Assembly: GCF_006345805.1 (NCBI RefSeq)
Contig: NC_042998.1
Span: 189,162,001 to 189,226,000 of the forward strand
Reading direction: 5' to 3'
Length of the DNA: 64,000 nt
Origin: Octopus sinensis
Taxonomy: Eukaryota
Below the pieces are notes generated by a model. The model had not been told where the DNA came from. It saw only the letters and a list, made by a program, of their open reading frames with translations, and did not search any database. Below are positions 50,754 through 64,000 of the stretch, in pieces (the stretch's first letter is position 1; each line of letters starts with the position of its first letter). Made by a program: the position numbers and the translations under genes.

Positions 50754-51451
50754 GTGAATTATTCCGAAACCCTGCCAATATTTTCTTGTGTCGTTTCAGA
50801 CAGAATTTTAAAGGATGTGCGCTCACAAATACTGTATTTTTCATAGATTCTATATATTAGAGTACATTACGTTAGAGTTACCTCCCTTAACATCCCCTTC
50901 TTGGCACATAAATCAATTTTGAAAGGGAATGTTTTCAATAGTAATTTTTTAATAATTGTTTACATAAAAGTTTAAACAACCTTAATTGTAAAATTTCATA
51001 AAATCTTTACTTTTAAAGAAAGTGGCTTAAAAAAAAAACAGCCGATATCAAAGATATTTTTCTCACTCGGTAAGAGACAAACAACCTCGTTCCCACAAGA
51101 GGTGACTCCCATTGAATATGTTGGGCAACATCAGGGCGATTACTCAGATGTACGTGGAGGCTGCAGACAATGAAGGGAGATTAAAGCTCTTGAAATTCCG
51201 AGATGCAAATGACCTAACCATTTAACAACAGATTTTCATAAAATCTGCTGATTACTTACCGTTCAAACGTTAAGCCGGAAAGATTCTACCAAGAGACAAA
51301 TGTTTGTGAATGCTATGTCTTCCGCCTGTAAAGATTACGGCGTTCAATACAGATAGTGATTAATGACCTCGGAATAAGAGTTGGGTAGTCTTATAGACCC
51401 GAGACAAACTTGAGTTGAAAGACATGGAAGCTGAAACTACAGACATCAAAT

Positions 51452-51803
51452 TGATAGATCATGTCATAAAATTAGCAGTTAAGGAACAGTAACCAGGCAG
51501 AGAATTGACTAAGATATACAGCCTGAAACTGTGCAGTTTTTTTGGGGGGGGTGGGGGGTCCCACACTCGGACCTTTGGTGCCCCTTTCTTCTGCACCGGA
51601 AGCACCAGGGTTTTCTCCCTTCTACTTGTATGATAGGTCATGTCATAAAATTAGCAGTTACGGAACAGTAACCTGGCAGAGAATTGACTAAGATATACAG
51701 CCTGAAACTGTGCACTTTTTGTGGGGTGAGGAGTCCCACACTCGGATCTCTGGTGCCCCTTCCTTCCGCACCAGAAGCACCGGGGTTTTCTCCCTTCTAT
51801 TTG
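51452..51803. repeat. Diverged tandem duplication, period about 179 bp
   Basis: TGATAGRTCATGTCATAAAATTAGCAG...TTTTCTCCCTTCTAYTTG occurs twice. Confidence 0.9.
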
Positions 51804-53329
51804 AATAATTAGGGCAGCATTCTCTGCTATTTGCAGCCTATCAGGTAACTCCTCTAAATCTGTAGGGGGAAGCTTGCGCTAACACCTCTAGCGATTGTCC
51901 CTTACAACCGCTGATGTCCTTTTCTTTAATGACACAACTGGTAGCTAAGAGTAATCCATTGTACGCAACATTCTTTGGCCTAGAGAAAGTCATTGATCGA
52001 ATACTATACTCTATATTCTGGCGGCCGTTAAGAAAGAGGTTAAGTAGATGAATGTATAAAAACTGACACTTCTTTTTTCCGAGCTGAGATTCGAAACCGA
52101 ATCTAAAGATTCTCGCTAGTCTGATCCGCCATTGACCAAACAGGCGCGAAAGAAATGTCTTTGTCCTGTCAAAAAGTGATGGATGGATTTCTCTTCGGCC
52201 TCCGACTTGAGCTGTGTCATTTAAGCTTCAAGTGGACAGGAGGCGACCTACATAGGTAAAAATTACTTCTGTAGTATGTCTGTCCTTCTCGTTGGGATGG
52301 CCACGATAAATACAGTCAGACACACGACAGAGGGGGAAGATAGCCATCAACAGGCAAACAGTCAAGAGACGGTAGACAGCCAGCAAGCGGCAAACTGTCG
52401 GCAGCCAGCAGTTAACTTGCGCCAGTCAAGCAGCCAACACAACCACATATTCAGCATTAACGACCTAACATAGTAGCAGTCGCAGAACATACACATACAC
52501 GACCGAATGACCAACGCACACACACAAAACATGCCTGGTTCTACCTCATCACATCGACACAGTATTTCTTCTGTTCTTTTTTTTAATTCGCCAACTCGAA
52601 GCATGTTGGTAATGTCATGTAGCGGATTTCCTAGTGTATACAACAACACGTAAATACGAGTGGTGATTAAATAAATTATTTAAACCACAATCCGATGCTT
52701 TCCCATTGTTTTACTTTGATGTCGTTCACATGCCTATTTCATCTGCTACCTCAACATCTTTTGCTAACCATCCCGCTACAAATGGTTACTGAAAGCTATG
52801 CAGTTCATATATAGGGACACTATGCTGTCAACAAAGTGAGTTAACGAGCTCAGTGAAGCATTTAGCTGTCCATTATGGTTCGTTCCTCAATTCACGTTTT
52901 GTTTATTATAATTCAAAGAGTTTAAAACAGACCGTCTACGAAACACATAAATGTTGATCTAATTCTCATTGTGGACCTTTTCGAAGAATTAAACGAAAAG
53001 TTCAGAACATGGAATCATGGTTTAAAACCGAGGCCGGGAGTTAAGCCTTAAAAAACGACAAATTTTAACAGTAATGAATACAGAACGCTATTGTCGCATG
53101 AGAAGTGGCGACACCCGGCATGCAGAAAAGGAGTAGGTAGACACTTTATATCCAGCATGTAACCAGCATAAGCCATGGATTCACAACAAAAAGTGTAGAA
53201 GGATCTCGAGCAAGCTGACTGCTGAAAATATGTAACAGATGCATAATGATAGTTAGTAATCGGAACATGCAGGATATGTGATTCTTTAACTACTCTGAAA
53301 GCTTGTTAGAAGTACAAGGTACATGCCAC

Positions 53330-54060
53330 AAGTCTTTAGACTTTTTCAGGAGAGACATTTAATTAACTCAGGAAGTACAAAATTTTTATCTCCTTCAAAG
53401 TATGATGCTCTGACTTCAATGCATTTGTTGTAATGCTCCAGCCATTTCATGAAGATCCCCATGGAAGTACTCCATAATCTCTTTCATCTTCAAAACGACT
53501 GCCCCCGAGGTTCTCCCCCAGCTTGGGGGACAACCAAGGGTTACAGGGTTTCAAGGTCTGGGCTCTAAAGAGGGTGAGGTACAGTTTTGATGTCCATCTC
53601 TGTCAAACAATTGGTTATCAGGATGCTTATCACTGAATACCCTAAGAACAAACTGCACAAATCTTGTGCATCTTCAGATCTTCACAAATAATTCTGTGTA
53701 CAGTTGCCACACCAACTCCAAACAATATGCCAATTGTCTTTATAGACACACAATTGTCTTCATCTGGAAAATTGTGAATTCTCTCAATCAGCTCTGATGT
53801 TTTCATGTCTTTTTCCATCCCATACTTATCAGCTCTCACCTCCTCTCATTCGACCTTGAACCTCTTGTACCGGCAAAAAAGGTTGATTCATAAGCAGTCT
53901 GGACCTTTTCACAAGTTTCTGTTGCATTTTTCCCCAATTTAACGCAAAACCTTATTGTATAGTGAGCTTCCAAACGTCCCAGCTGCATTCTACAGATTGT
54001 CAGCAGTGGCAGCAATGTTTAGTAAGGTGTGTTCAAAGTGTTGTTACAGCTGTTACCTTT
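53330..54060 (-). mobile_element. Internally deleted mariner remnant
   Basis: Minus strand SELIERIHNF.DED..VSIKTI...GVGVATVHRIICEDLKMHKICA is a mariner second-HTH region. Confidence 0.75.
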
Positions 54061-54387
54061 AATTTGGAATAACAAAAGTTGACAGATCATCTTATTAGAT
54101 GTACAGTAATGGTATACTAAAATTACCATAATCGGCAACGTTTATAATTGCCTCTCCTAAAAAGTATCAAAACTTCTGGAATGCACCTCGTAGTTGACAG
54201 TTTTTATTATTTCGGTAACCTAATCGGCAATGAAGTGATTGTTCCACTAATCATTGTCACCATTTTACGTTTGCTTTTTTGTGTTGGCATCGATGAACAG
54301 GTCTCAAAACAACTCTCCACACAACATTGACGTCATCCTCTGAGACATACAGAAAGAGGAAAAACAACTAATTTTGTTGTATATATA

Positions 54388-54784
54388 TACTAGCAGTATC
54401 ACCCGGCGTTGCTCGGGTTTGTAAGGGAAATAACTATATAAGCATTTTTAGAGATGTAAAGTATAATAGCCATCTCAATATGGTTAACCACAAAGGGGGG
54501 TGTTACTGTAGCTTTTTACGTTCTGAGATTTAATAATACATTTTTAGAGAGTTACTTCCCTTATATAAACCGAGCGAAAATGCATTAAAAATACGGAAAA
54601 ATTATGGTAAATTTTTTTTTTAATCGTAGACTCATCGTAGACGTGCGCTAATACCCAGAAGGGCTCAATATGAATCACGACTATAAGATACCCGGTTTTG
54701 GTTAAACTGCACCGCAAAATGTGGGAGTAGTTAGGAATCTAAATCGTAGGAGAGACACACAACTTGACTTTTATATATAAAGAT
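54388..54784 (+). mobile_element. Non-autonomous Helitron/Helentron (DINE-1-like) element
   Basis: 5' TACTAG followed by hairpin ACCCGGCGTTGCTCGGGT, and 3' end TTTTATATATAAAGAT. The same 5' hairpin motif occurs at 19663-19703. Confidence 0.6.
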
Positions 54785-54881
54785 ATATATATATATATCT
54801 TATTGTGTGTACTGTGCATTTGAACGCACCACCAGTACTACAGAAGTTTTGAAGTAAAGGGTCCTCTTTACCTTGTTTCAA

Positions 54882-55353
54882 CCCTTTCGTTACTGTATTT
54901 ATTTTGAGATGCTAAGTGTTTCTTTCAATTATTTTAAATATAACAAAGAATTTAGTAAAATAACTTATGTAACCAACATAAGCTATGGATTCACAACAAA
55001 AAGTGTAGTAGGATCTCAGGCAAGCTGACTGCTGAAAATATATAACAGATGCACAATGATAGTTAGCAATTGGAACATGCAGGATATGTGATTCTTTAAC
55101 TACTCTGAAAGCTTGTTAGAAGTACAAGGTACATGCCACAAGTTTTTAGACTTTTTCAGGAGAGACATTTAATTAACTCAGGAAGTACAAAATTTTTATC
55201 TCCTTCAAAGTATGATGCTCTGACTTCAATGCATTTGTTAGGAACATAAATTGTGACTAAGGTTTGGTGGAAGATTTTAATTCAAAACTTATGAAAACAA
55301 GACATTTGTACTCAGAGCCAGAGCTGGTTTCAGCCGGGTTAGTAACGAAAGGG
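54882..55353. mobile_element. piggyBac-type MITE carrying a 273-bp copy of 53157-53429
   Basis: TIRs CCCTTTCGTTACT and AGTAACGAAAGGG, flanked by TCAA and TTAA. Confidence 0.8.
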
Positions 55354-56157
55354 TTAAACTCACTACCCTCCTGATTGAGTAACATGTGATATGGTTTGCC
55401 AATTTAACATGTGGAAAACTTAGTTGTCTTGAGTTAAGACAGAGTGAAAATATTCAGACAACTATTATTTTCATGTGGGGTTTCTCTCTTTCTGAAAGGT
55501 AGAATGTTTGATGTTTACATACAAAGTGTGATATTGCACAGTAATGAGAGTTAAGCACTAAATTTGGAGAATATGCAAAGATTGCAGCAAGTATGTTCCA
55601 GTATGCATGAATATCAGAGTATCTCTACTAATTAGCATATAAATGGCAAACCAGTACAATGTTTTCAGTTACCTTAAATCAAATAAATTCCTTTTTATAA
55701 AATACCTTTATGTACTTCTTTATCTTAGCATTCATCATTATCTGGTAATTATTTGTTTTGAGAGTAGAGACCACCACTCCGACTTTTTACAATCTCCAAT
55801 TATTTGCTAACTTTAAAAATCCTGATTACTATAAACGAATAGTCAGTCCTATATTTCTTCCCTGGAAGCCTCTCATTTATATAGTGGAAAGCAACATAGC
55901 TCAATAAAACAGATAATTACAACTTAGACAGTGGTTTTTGAAGGAAATAAATTTGAACCATAGACAAAAAGAAAACAATTCTCCAACTCTCCTCAACCAA
56001 TTAACCCATTATTTATCTCAAGAAAATCTCAACGGTACATTATTTACAAGGAATTTAAAGTGAAACTTACAGATTTTACTGATCCACACGTTGTTATATA
56101 GATATTTAATAACAGAGTTACAAAAGAATCCAAGAAAGACAACTTGCAGAATTAATA

Positions 56158-57538
56158 CAAGGGTCCACTGAAAGGTTCAGAGACTGGCCAAGATACTTCG
56201 ATGGAATGTGTCCAATTAAGGTTTATTTTTCAATATAGCCCTCTTTGCAGTCCACACACTTCTTCCATCGGTGTTGCAGTGCTTGGATCCCATTGGTGAA
56301 GAAGCTTTCATCCTGTTAATCTAAAAAGTCATCAACAGCAGATAGGACATCATCATCAGTACGATATTGCTTCCCAGCCAAGTGTTTTTTCTTTTTCATG
56401 TTTGGGAACTGGTAATAGTCAGAGCCAAATCAAAAGAATAAGGAATGGTGATTAACCAGTTAAAACCAGTCACACACAGCAACCATTGAAACCAACGATA
56501 TGTGTGGCCCTTTTCAAGATAGTCAATAAGTACAATGCTTTTTGCATCCCCAAAAACTGGAAAAACCACCTTCCCTGCAGATGGAATGATCTTGGCCTTC
56601 TTTGGAGCAGGTGAGGAGTGTTTCTACTGCATGGATTGTCTCTTTGTCTCTGGATCAAAGTAATGAACTCAACACTCATCCTGGGTTAGAAAATGTTCAA
56701 AGAAACCAGCTGGATCTGCAACAAACAATGTCAGATTTTCCCCGTGATGTGATCAGATTTTCCCCTGATGCACTTTCATCAGATGTGAGAAGACATAACA
56801 CCCACAAAGCAGAAACCCTTACCATGTGCAGAATATTCTCAACTTTCTAGCATTGTCTATTTGGTTTATAGTCAATTGCATGTCATCCTTCAACATGTGG
56901 TGAACACAATCAGTATTCTTCTCAGTGGTAGCAGTTGCAGGACGTCCAGACCTTGGATCATGTTCAAGACTCTCCATTCCCCTCCTACATTCAGCTTCCC
57001 ACTTTTATACTCTTGATAAAGCTAGAGCATCATCTCTTAATGGAGCAATCCAGTCAAGATGAATGTCATTGTGGGCTAAAGCATTTTTCTGTTGGTACTT
57101 GATAAAACTGCAATGCCAAATTTTGTCCATTTTCAAGAGAAGTTACTAATAGTTACTTTTGAAGTCTTCTTTGAGCATCACTTTAACTGGAGAGAAACAA
57201 TGCCATTATTAATAAGAAGAGCTGGCAGAAATGTTAGCACACCAGGCGAAATGCGTAGCCGTATTTCGTCTGCCGTTACGTTCTGAATTCAAATTCCGCC
57301 AAGGTCGACTTTGCCTTTCATCCTTTCGGGGTCGATAAATTAAGTACCAATTACACACTGGGGTCGATCTAATCGACTTAATCCGTTTGTCTGTCCTTGT
57401 TTGTCCTCTCTGTGTTTAGCCCCTTGTGGGTAGTAAAGAAATAGTTATTAATAAGAAGAGTCGAAATTAATGCATGCAAAATTTCACAGCTCCAGCACCA
57501 CTCCATAGTCAGTCTACAAACATTTCAGCCCATCCTCA
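56158..57538 (-). mobile_element. Decayed mariner with a nested SINE A (57222-57444)
   Basis: TA-flanked ends CAAGGGTCCACTGAAAGG and TTTCAGCCCATCCTCA. Same family as the 38.8-40.2 kb copy. SINE TSD TTATTAATAAGAAGAG at 57206-57221 and 57445-57460. Confidence 0.85.
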
Positions 57539-57762
57539 TAATGTGACAAAAAAGCAATAGAGCTACACAAATATAATCTACAAGATTATCAACAATGTTT
57601 GATAGTCCCAAAACTTTCTGGAGATGAACTAAATTAATAAGCAAATGTCTCAAAATCTACAAAAATGCACTACAAAGAAATTCAGAAATAATGTTTGAAT
57701 GCAAAACTTATGACATTAGCAAAAAATATTGTGAAGACTTCCAGTAGGGCTTTTTTATTCAC

Positions 57763-58124
57763 GTAAAAAGCACCATCCAATTGTGGCCGTTGCCAGCCTC
57801 TTCTGGCCCCCGTGCCGGTGACACATAAAAAGCACCATCCAATCGTGGCCGTTTGCCAGCCTTGTCTGGCACCTGTGCAGGTGGCATGTAAAAAGCACCA
57901 TCTGATTGTGGCCGTTGCCAGCCTCTTCTGGCACCTCTGCAGGTGGCACGTAAAAAGCACCCACTACACTCACGGAGTGGTTGGCGTTAGGAAGGGCATC
58001 CAGCTGTAGAATCACTGCCAGATCAGACTGGACCTGGCGCAGCCTACTGGCTTCCCAGACCCCAGTTGAACCGTCCAACCCATGCTAGCATGGAAAACAG
58101 ACGTTAAACGATGATGATGATGAT
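57763..58124 (+). mobile_element. Non-autonomous retroposon with an RTE-like tail and about 60-bp internal tandem repeats
   Basis: Repeated AAAAAGCACCATC...GTGGCCGTTGCCAGCC, tail AACCCATGCTAGCATGGAAAACAGACGTTAAACGATGATG. Shorter copy at 62117-62309. Confidence 0.7.
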
Positions 58125-58635
58125 TAAACAAAATGAATTCAGTTTAAAATATATATGATTATAGTAACATAGAATAACATGTATATCTATAGATTTTAGA
58201 ATATTAGAAACTGAAAAATATGTCAAAGCATAAGATAAATCGTGCTTATACTTTTGAAGTCCAACTATATTAATTTCAAGATTTTTAACATCTATGATGA
58301 TGACATAATCTTCTCAAATACTGACAAAAATGATCTTTATAGAAACTGTGATCTCTTGCCACTTTTTGCTGTTATTTATAAGGTTGTGGTCTTTTTAAAA
58401 AGAAATGGAAGATGTGCAGAACCCCAATAGTGTTAAAGAATTCATAAATTTTCACAAGAGTCTCAGCCATTGTAACGATGTAGAGATGAAGTGATATTGA
58501 AAATACATTTAGTGATCATCCATTGGTATTTTATGAAACTCTATTGCATTTAAAAAAGCTTTTAAGATTTATATAATGCTTCCCCTTTATAATCTTGCAA
58601 ATAATGTCATAGGTGCAGTTTGATAAATGGTTAAG

Positions 58636-58866
58636 AAGGCGAGCTGGCAGAAATGTTAGCACGCCAGGCGAAATGCTTAGCGGTATTTCGTCTGCGTTAT
58701 GTTGTGAGTTCAAATTCCGCTGAGGTCGACTTTGCCTTTCATCCTTTCGGGGTCGATAAATTAAGTACCAGTTACACACTGGGGTCGATGTAATCGACTT
58801 AATACCTATGTCTGTCCTTGTTTGTCCCCTCTATGTTTATCCCCTTGTGGGTAATAAAGAAATAGG
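58636..58866 (+). mobile_element. SINE family A, monomer
   Basis: Full copy with GGTTAAGAAGG repeated at both flanks. Confidence 0.9.
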
Positions 58867-60149
58867 TTAAGAAGGTCACTTCACAACTGTGGGGTCCCAG
58901 ATTCAATCCCACTACTAGGAATCTTATGCAAATCTCATTTTCTATAGCCTCAGGCCTACCCTTACCTTTTGGTGAAGGAAATTGGGTGGATTGTTCAAAA
59001 AATGTACAGCCTTGTCACACACTGATTGTGCCCAAGAATTCCATTAAGGATACACATGTCTGTGGAATGCTCAGCTCCTTATTCATAAATCTAGGAGCAG
59101 GTAATTCAGTTGATTGAACAACTGAATCCTTATGTTCTGGTTAACGTATCAGAGTGTCAGAGCTATGCCGTCGGGAACTTCAGTTCCTGGTAGGGCCACC
59201 CAAGGCGGATTGGTCTGGCACCAAGTGGTATTAGGGCCACAACCCGGCAGACGGGGCTCTGGTGAAAATCCTCAGAGTGTCTGTTTCGGCAACCGGCGGC
59301 TCCTCTGCCGTTCTGTCCCTACGTCTGTGGACAATCTGCAGCAAACAGGATGTCTCTTCATGTGGGATTGTTGGGGACTGCTTGTGAAATCCACATATTC
59401 CCACAAAACTTCTTCTGCCTTGAGGGTGGTAGAAGAAGCCAACTCAACCCACCCAGGGTGAATGTCGCCACAAGTACAAGCAAGTGAATCCTTATGATCA
59501 ACCAATAGAGATTCATCCAGAAGAATGTTACCTCACTAAGTTTAAATATTCTCTCACAAATATTCTATTTACTTTTTTATACACATACACAGAGAAATTT
59601 GACATAACCTCCAAATGCGGTAAAAATTATATCTTTTTCAAAGCGAGGTCAAAGAAATTAGGTGCTCTATGAATGAAGACACTATTTTTTCTGGTTAAGA
59701 AATCCCATTAATAAAATTTAAAGCATTTATTTGATCTTTTTATTAATATTACAAAACGATGAAGATTTACTTCCATACATGGATATGGGGAATAGCATTG
59801 TCTATCACATGATCATATCAGGTGAATGTTTTTGAAATTTCTTTCAATTGCTGTTTTTGAGACAGAATATTCAACCAATAATGCCATTTAATTGAACACT
59901 TGCTATGTTACATTGAACTAAATTAAGAAATCTTATTGTCATATTTACATAACTATAACCAATGTTTGAAACACTGAACTACTGGCAGGTTTAATTTGGA
60001 GTTTTAGTTTAGCAATAAAGACTCATAATTAACTTTTACTCGAGAATTATTTTTTATTGTTAGCTTGGTTTGGAAGGATCAGTGTCCATGGCCTTTGCAG
60101 ATACTCTAACACTGGTGGGATTTATACAATTGATTTCTTCTTGAATAGC

Positions 60150-61450
60150 TACAAGTTGACAGCTGCAGGGAATAATATAAACATGAAGGGAATTCTATAG
60201 AGCTTAATATCATCAGGAAGAAGGAATGATCACAGTGATTAATTCAAGGGTTGGGGTAACAATATACATTATATGAGGAACAGACAAGTTGAGAGTACCT
60301 GAATGGAAAGGACATGAAACCAGCCATCTTTGAAGAGCAGGACCTCTATAGAAGATGCAGTGAAAAGAAACAGCCAATTAGTCAGACAACTTTATTTTGG
60401 ATGATGTCCAAGACATTTCTATGGGCAGCCGATGACCGCTCGGTTCAAGGTCTCTCTTGACCAGAAATGGCCTGAACTCTTTGTATGACCACTCTCCCTG
60501 TACATAACTCCCTGTCCCCCTACATGGCCTTGCTTTTGCTTTTTGAGCCAATAAAAATTGAATTGAATTGAATTGAGTACTATCTCAGAAACAGAAGCAA
60601 TGCTCCATTGTAGGTGTCTCACCAGAGCCTTGTTGAGGGTTAGTAGATGTTAACAACTAAAGTATTTCCAACTTTAAAAATTAAGGCAAGAGACTGTGAA
60701 TCCTAGTAACTTTAAGGGTTCAAGCTACGTTTTTCATGCATAGTGGGTGGGAATATGATATTGTGTATTGATGCACAATAAATGTGTATTTGAGATGTTG
60801 AAGGACACAGGATTGATATGCTCCCACTGGATGAGGTTTTCAGGTTACTATTCATTTACTCAGTGCATGTTTGACTACTTGAGGTGTTTGCAATGCAGGT
60901 AGATGAAGCTTGAGTGCAGAAGATCAGGAAGAAATGAAAAGTGATGCTATCTGTGAAATAGAGGGTATTGTTGGAGGTGACAGCAAGAGGTTATTCATGT
61001 ATACAAGAAAGAGTGTGAAAGACAAAATGGAACATTGAGGTGCACCAGATTGGATAGACTATAAGTCAGATTGGGTACTATCAGCACACATCATAATGGT
61101 GTAAACTGATAGAAGGCTGCCAATCTAAGAGATGAGACAAATGAAGATCATAAGGAAGTACTTTTGTTAAGGGATTCATGCATCAGACATAGTTGGACGT
61201 TTTGCTGTTATCAAGTGCAATAACATTGAGTACATGGTAACAAGACTGGTGGAATGGTAAGAGACAGCATCAAAGGAGAATTACCTCGTATATGCAGTGT
61301 GGAGTTGGCTGCAGAGTGAGCAGGAAATGTGCAGGCTTTCTCTGTGACAGCAATGGTTGAACCATCAAGGTTGCGGAATAGTAGGAAAGAGAATTCTACA
61401 AAGGTGGAAGAGATGAGATTCTTTTGACTGTCTGACCCTCTCATCTCTCT
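60150..61450 (-). mobile_element. Old CR1/L2-group LINE RT remnant
   Basis: Minus strand LFRNLDGSTIAVTEKA..F..HSAANSTL, IQSGAPQCSILSFTLFLVYMNNLL (compare GVPQGSVLSPTLFLIYINDL) and LDIIQNKVV. Confidence 0.65.
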
Positions 61451-63059
61451 GAAAATCCCTTATTCTCTTCTCACTGTGACTAGTCACCCATGTAATGAAG
61501 GATGGCACTGGACCTACCTGTACCCCTCCCCATCCTGTACTCAATACACTCAATACTAACATTCCCTCTCTTTTCCTATCCCACCTATTCACTCCAAACA
61601 CTCTGCTCATAACTTTATACTCTTGTTCTCTTCACCCACATATCCTGGTTTTCTTGTTATCACCATCTGCTACTCCCTAGGTCACATTTCTTTGGACAAC
61701 AGACACATAATATTAAAGACACTTTAATCTCACTGGGAGAAAAGGCAACCTCACTAATGTTGATACCACAATAAAATGCACCCAATACAGTGTAGAAAGG
61801 GTCTCTTTGGCCCTAGAGACCAAGCCAAAAATGAAACATAGGAACAAGGCATAATCCAACAACACATCGAGGAATGCAGAAACACTGGCTTAGAACTGAC
61901 TCAAAACAGCACATCTAATCCATGCAAGCATGGCAGGCAAAATGTATAACGATGATGTATCATCATAATTAAATGCTAGGAATCATCAGTGCAATACACA
62001 ATCAGTTTCATTGACTTTGGTAAAGCTTTTGGTAGAATCCATCGACCCACACCCAGAGTATCAACTAAACTGGTTTTTGACATCTGAAAATTTTATAAAT
62101 ACAGATGTTGTCTTGACTGGCTTCTGTGCAGGTGGCACATAAAAAGCACCCACTATACTCACGGAGTGGTTGGCATTAGGAAGGGCATCCAGCTGTAGAA
62201 ATACTGCCAGATTAGACTGGAGTCTGATGCAGCCTCCTGGCTTCCCAGACCCCGGTCGAACCATCCAACCCGTGCTAGCACGGAAAATGGACGTTAAACG
62301 ATGATGACGTTATGGTAAAATGACTACAACAATTGAGAATCAGTCCAAAATACACCAGCAATCAACCTTTCTTCTCACATCTCCTATTGCAACTCACTGG
62401 TATAACTTAGAAATAATGACTTTGTATGGATAAAAGATAATAGTCTCTCTTAAACTGATATTTACCCATGACATTGCATGTAGTCTCAAAACAACTGGTT
62501 GTGATGCAAATAGTCTTGACTAACAGCAATGAATAAACAAAATTGTGTTGCTAAGCAATCACCACTGAAGTATGAATGTCATCATAAACCAGCAAGAGAT
62601 TTAAATATCTGAACATCCACAAAGCTGAATTCAGCTAATTCCAAGAGTGATGTGGACTGTGAAAGTAAGTACAGCAGACCAAGAAAGCAAAAGGAATTGG
62701 TAAAATACCAGCAGCATTCAAGTATATGTAAAAAAGAATTTGGTGAAACAGAAAGATTTATGACTCAGTATTGTTTTCTTTTGTGAGTAGTTAAATTACC
62801 ATTTAAATCCACTGTACTATAAACATTATGGTAAGGATTTAAAACATGGTATCTGTAAGTGGTTGTTCAATCTGCTAGAAATACCAGCTAAATCTCTCTC
62901 AAATCACACCCAGCTGTCTTCAATAAAAAAAAAAGAAAGAAAGAAAAGAGGAATATGGATTATGTACTTCTAAATGTTCAAAAAAGCATCATGTCTTGCA
63001 AACAACTTGCACATGCAAGTGCTACCAGTCAAAAACTCCGCATCCCGGAAGCCAGCAAG

Positions 63060-63350
63060 TGTATGGGGTCATCAGGAGAGAATGCGTGCTGTTTCGGGGC
63101 CTACCTTTCGACGACATCAATGCGCACTGGCCCCCCTCAATGATATAAGGCCCCGCTTGCTAGATCAGCTGGTTATCAAATAAAGCTCAATATTCTTCTA
63201 GCCATCGCTCATCGTCTCTTTTTAACCAAATCCAGTGGCTGGCCTTCTCCACTGTAGTTTGGATATCGGTCATGGTGGTATTGACTTTACGATGAGTTAG
63301 GCCTAGCGATAACAACAGTCATCTCACACTGTGTCCAACGAACCCTCTAC
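63060..63350 (+). mobile_element. Possible solo LTR
   Basis: TGT...ACA ends, AATAAA near 63179, GC-rich. No TSD seen. Confidence 0.25.
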
Positions 63351-63529
63351 ATCCAACTTCGATTGGAAAATATTCCACTTTCCAGCCTGCGTCTTCACAT
63401 TCCTTGAGGAGGTTTACATATTTTAATGACTGGAATACTTGATCATAGGCCTATCAGAAATGACCAGAAGCTAATTAATAATAACCACGAACATGACATA
63501 CCAGACTCCAAGAGAACATGGGATAAAAG

Positions 63530-63685
63530 TAATAGACAACTAAGATCTTTCACTTTCTGCCTACCAAACCTGCTCAAAAGGCTTTGGTTGGTCCAGGGCT
63601 ATAGTGTAAGACACTTGCCCAAGGTGCCATGCAGCATGTGGCCCCAAAACTACATGACTGGGAAGCAAACATTTTAACCACATGT
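63530..63685 (-). mobile_element. SINE family B 5' fragment, diverged
   Basis: CTACCAAACC...AAGACACTTGCCCAAGGTGCCATGCAG. Confidence 0.7.
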
Positions 63686-64000
63686 ATCAAGATCTAGAAC
63701 CTACAATGTTTAGGTTCATATAAGTTGTAGAAAGAAGTTTTATTAAACAATACCTTGTTATAAATTTTACATTTTCAATGGTGAATAAGTCTTGAAAAAA
63801 ATTTATTTTGACAGTCCACAAAATACCACTCAACAAATATCAAAGATGCAAGATTTTAATTAAAATAAATTTCTTATTTACATACCTGAAAATATTTTGT
63901 TACAAATTTTCTACTGATGAGATTTTACATAATTTCTCAGTAATTAGTTTTATATCTGTTCAACAAACCATCTCAGTATTTTTCTCTTCTAAATATTTGC

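Noticed and set aside
52271-52650. Possible solo LTRs here and at about 47560-47900
   Set aside because: No convincing paired termini or TSD.

Overview
AT-rich, repeat-dense animal genomic DNA. The SINE, mariner and LINE content points to an octopod cephalopod (inference). Most of the 64 kb is tRNA-derived SINEs of at least four families, truncated LINEs (Tx1/L1, RTE, CR1/L2-like), Tc1/mariner elements, MITEs, Penelope-like ends and microsatellites. Almost all ORFs in the supplied track are microsatellite or SINE artefacts. One host gene is well supported on the + strand. It encodes a secreted protein with a 12-Cys IGFBP N-terminal domain (exons 33274-33510 and 34468-34554) and an Ala/Thr-rich mucin-like exon (36028-36274). 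Its next exon starts at 38722 and is split by a rearranged mariner. Removing 38781-40154 restores the frame exactly. The downstream half carries 7 stops, and the upstream half now reads in frame into a mariner HTH fragment. Other highlights: a Tx1 LINE with a 17-bp TSD whose 3' end matches the tail of the commonest SINE; SINE concatemers inside single TSD pairs, one of them 52 bp; one SINE head with three different tails; two cases of nearby DNA copied into DNA transposons; and a perfect 132-bp palindrome with a hammerhead-like core. No database searches were run, so family names come from motif recognition.
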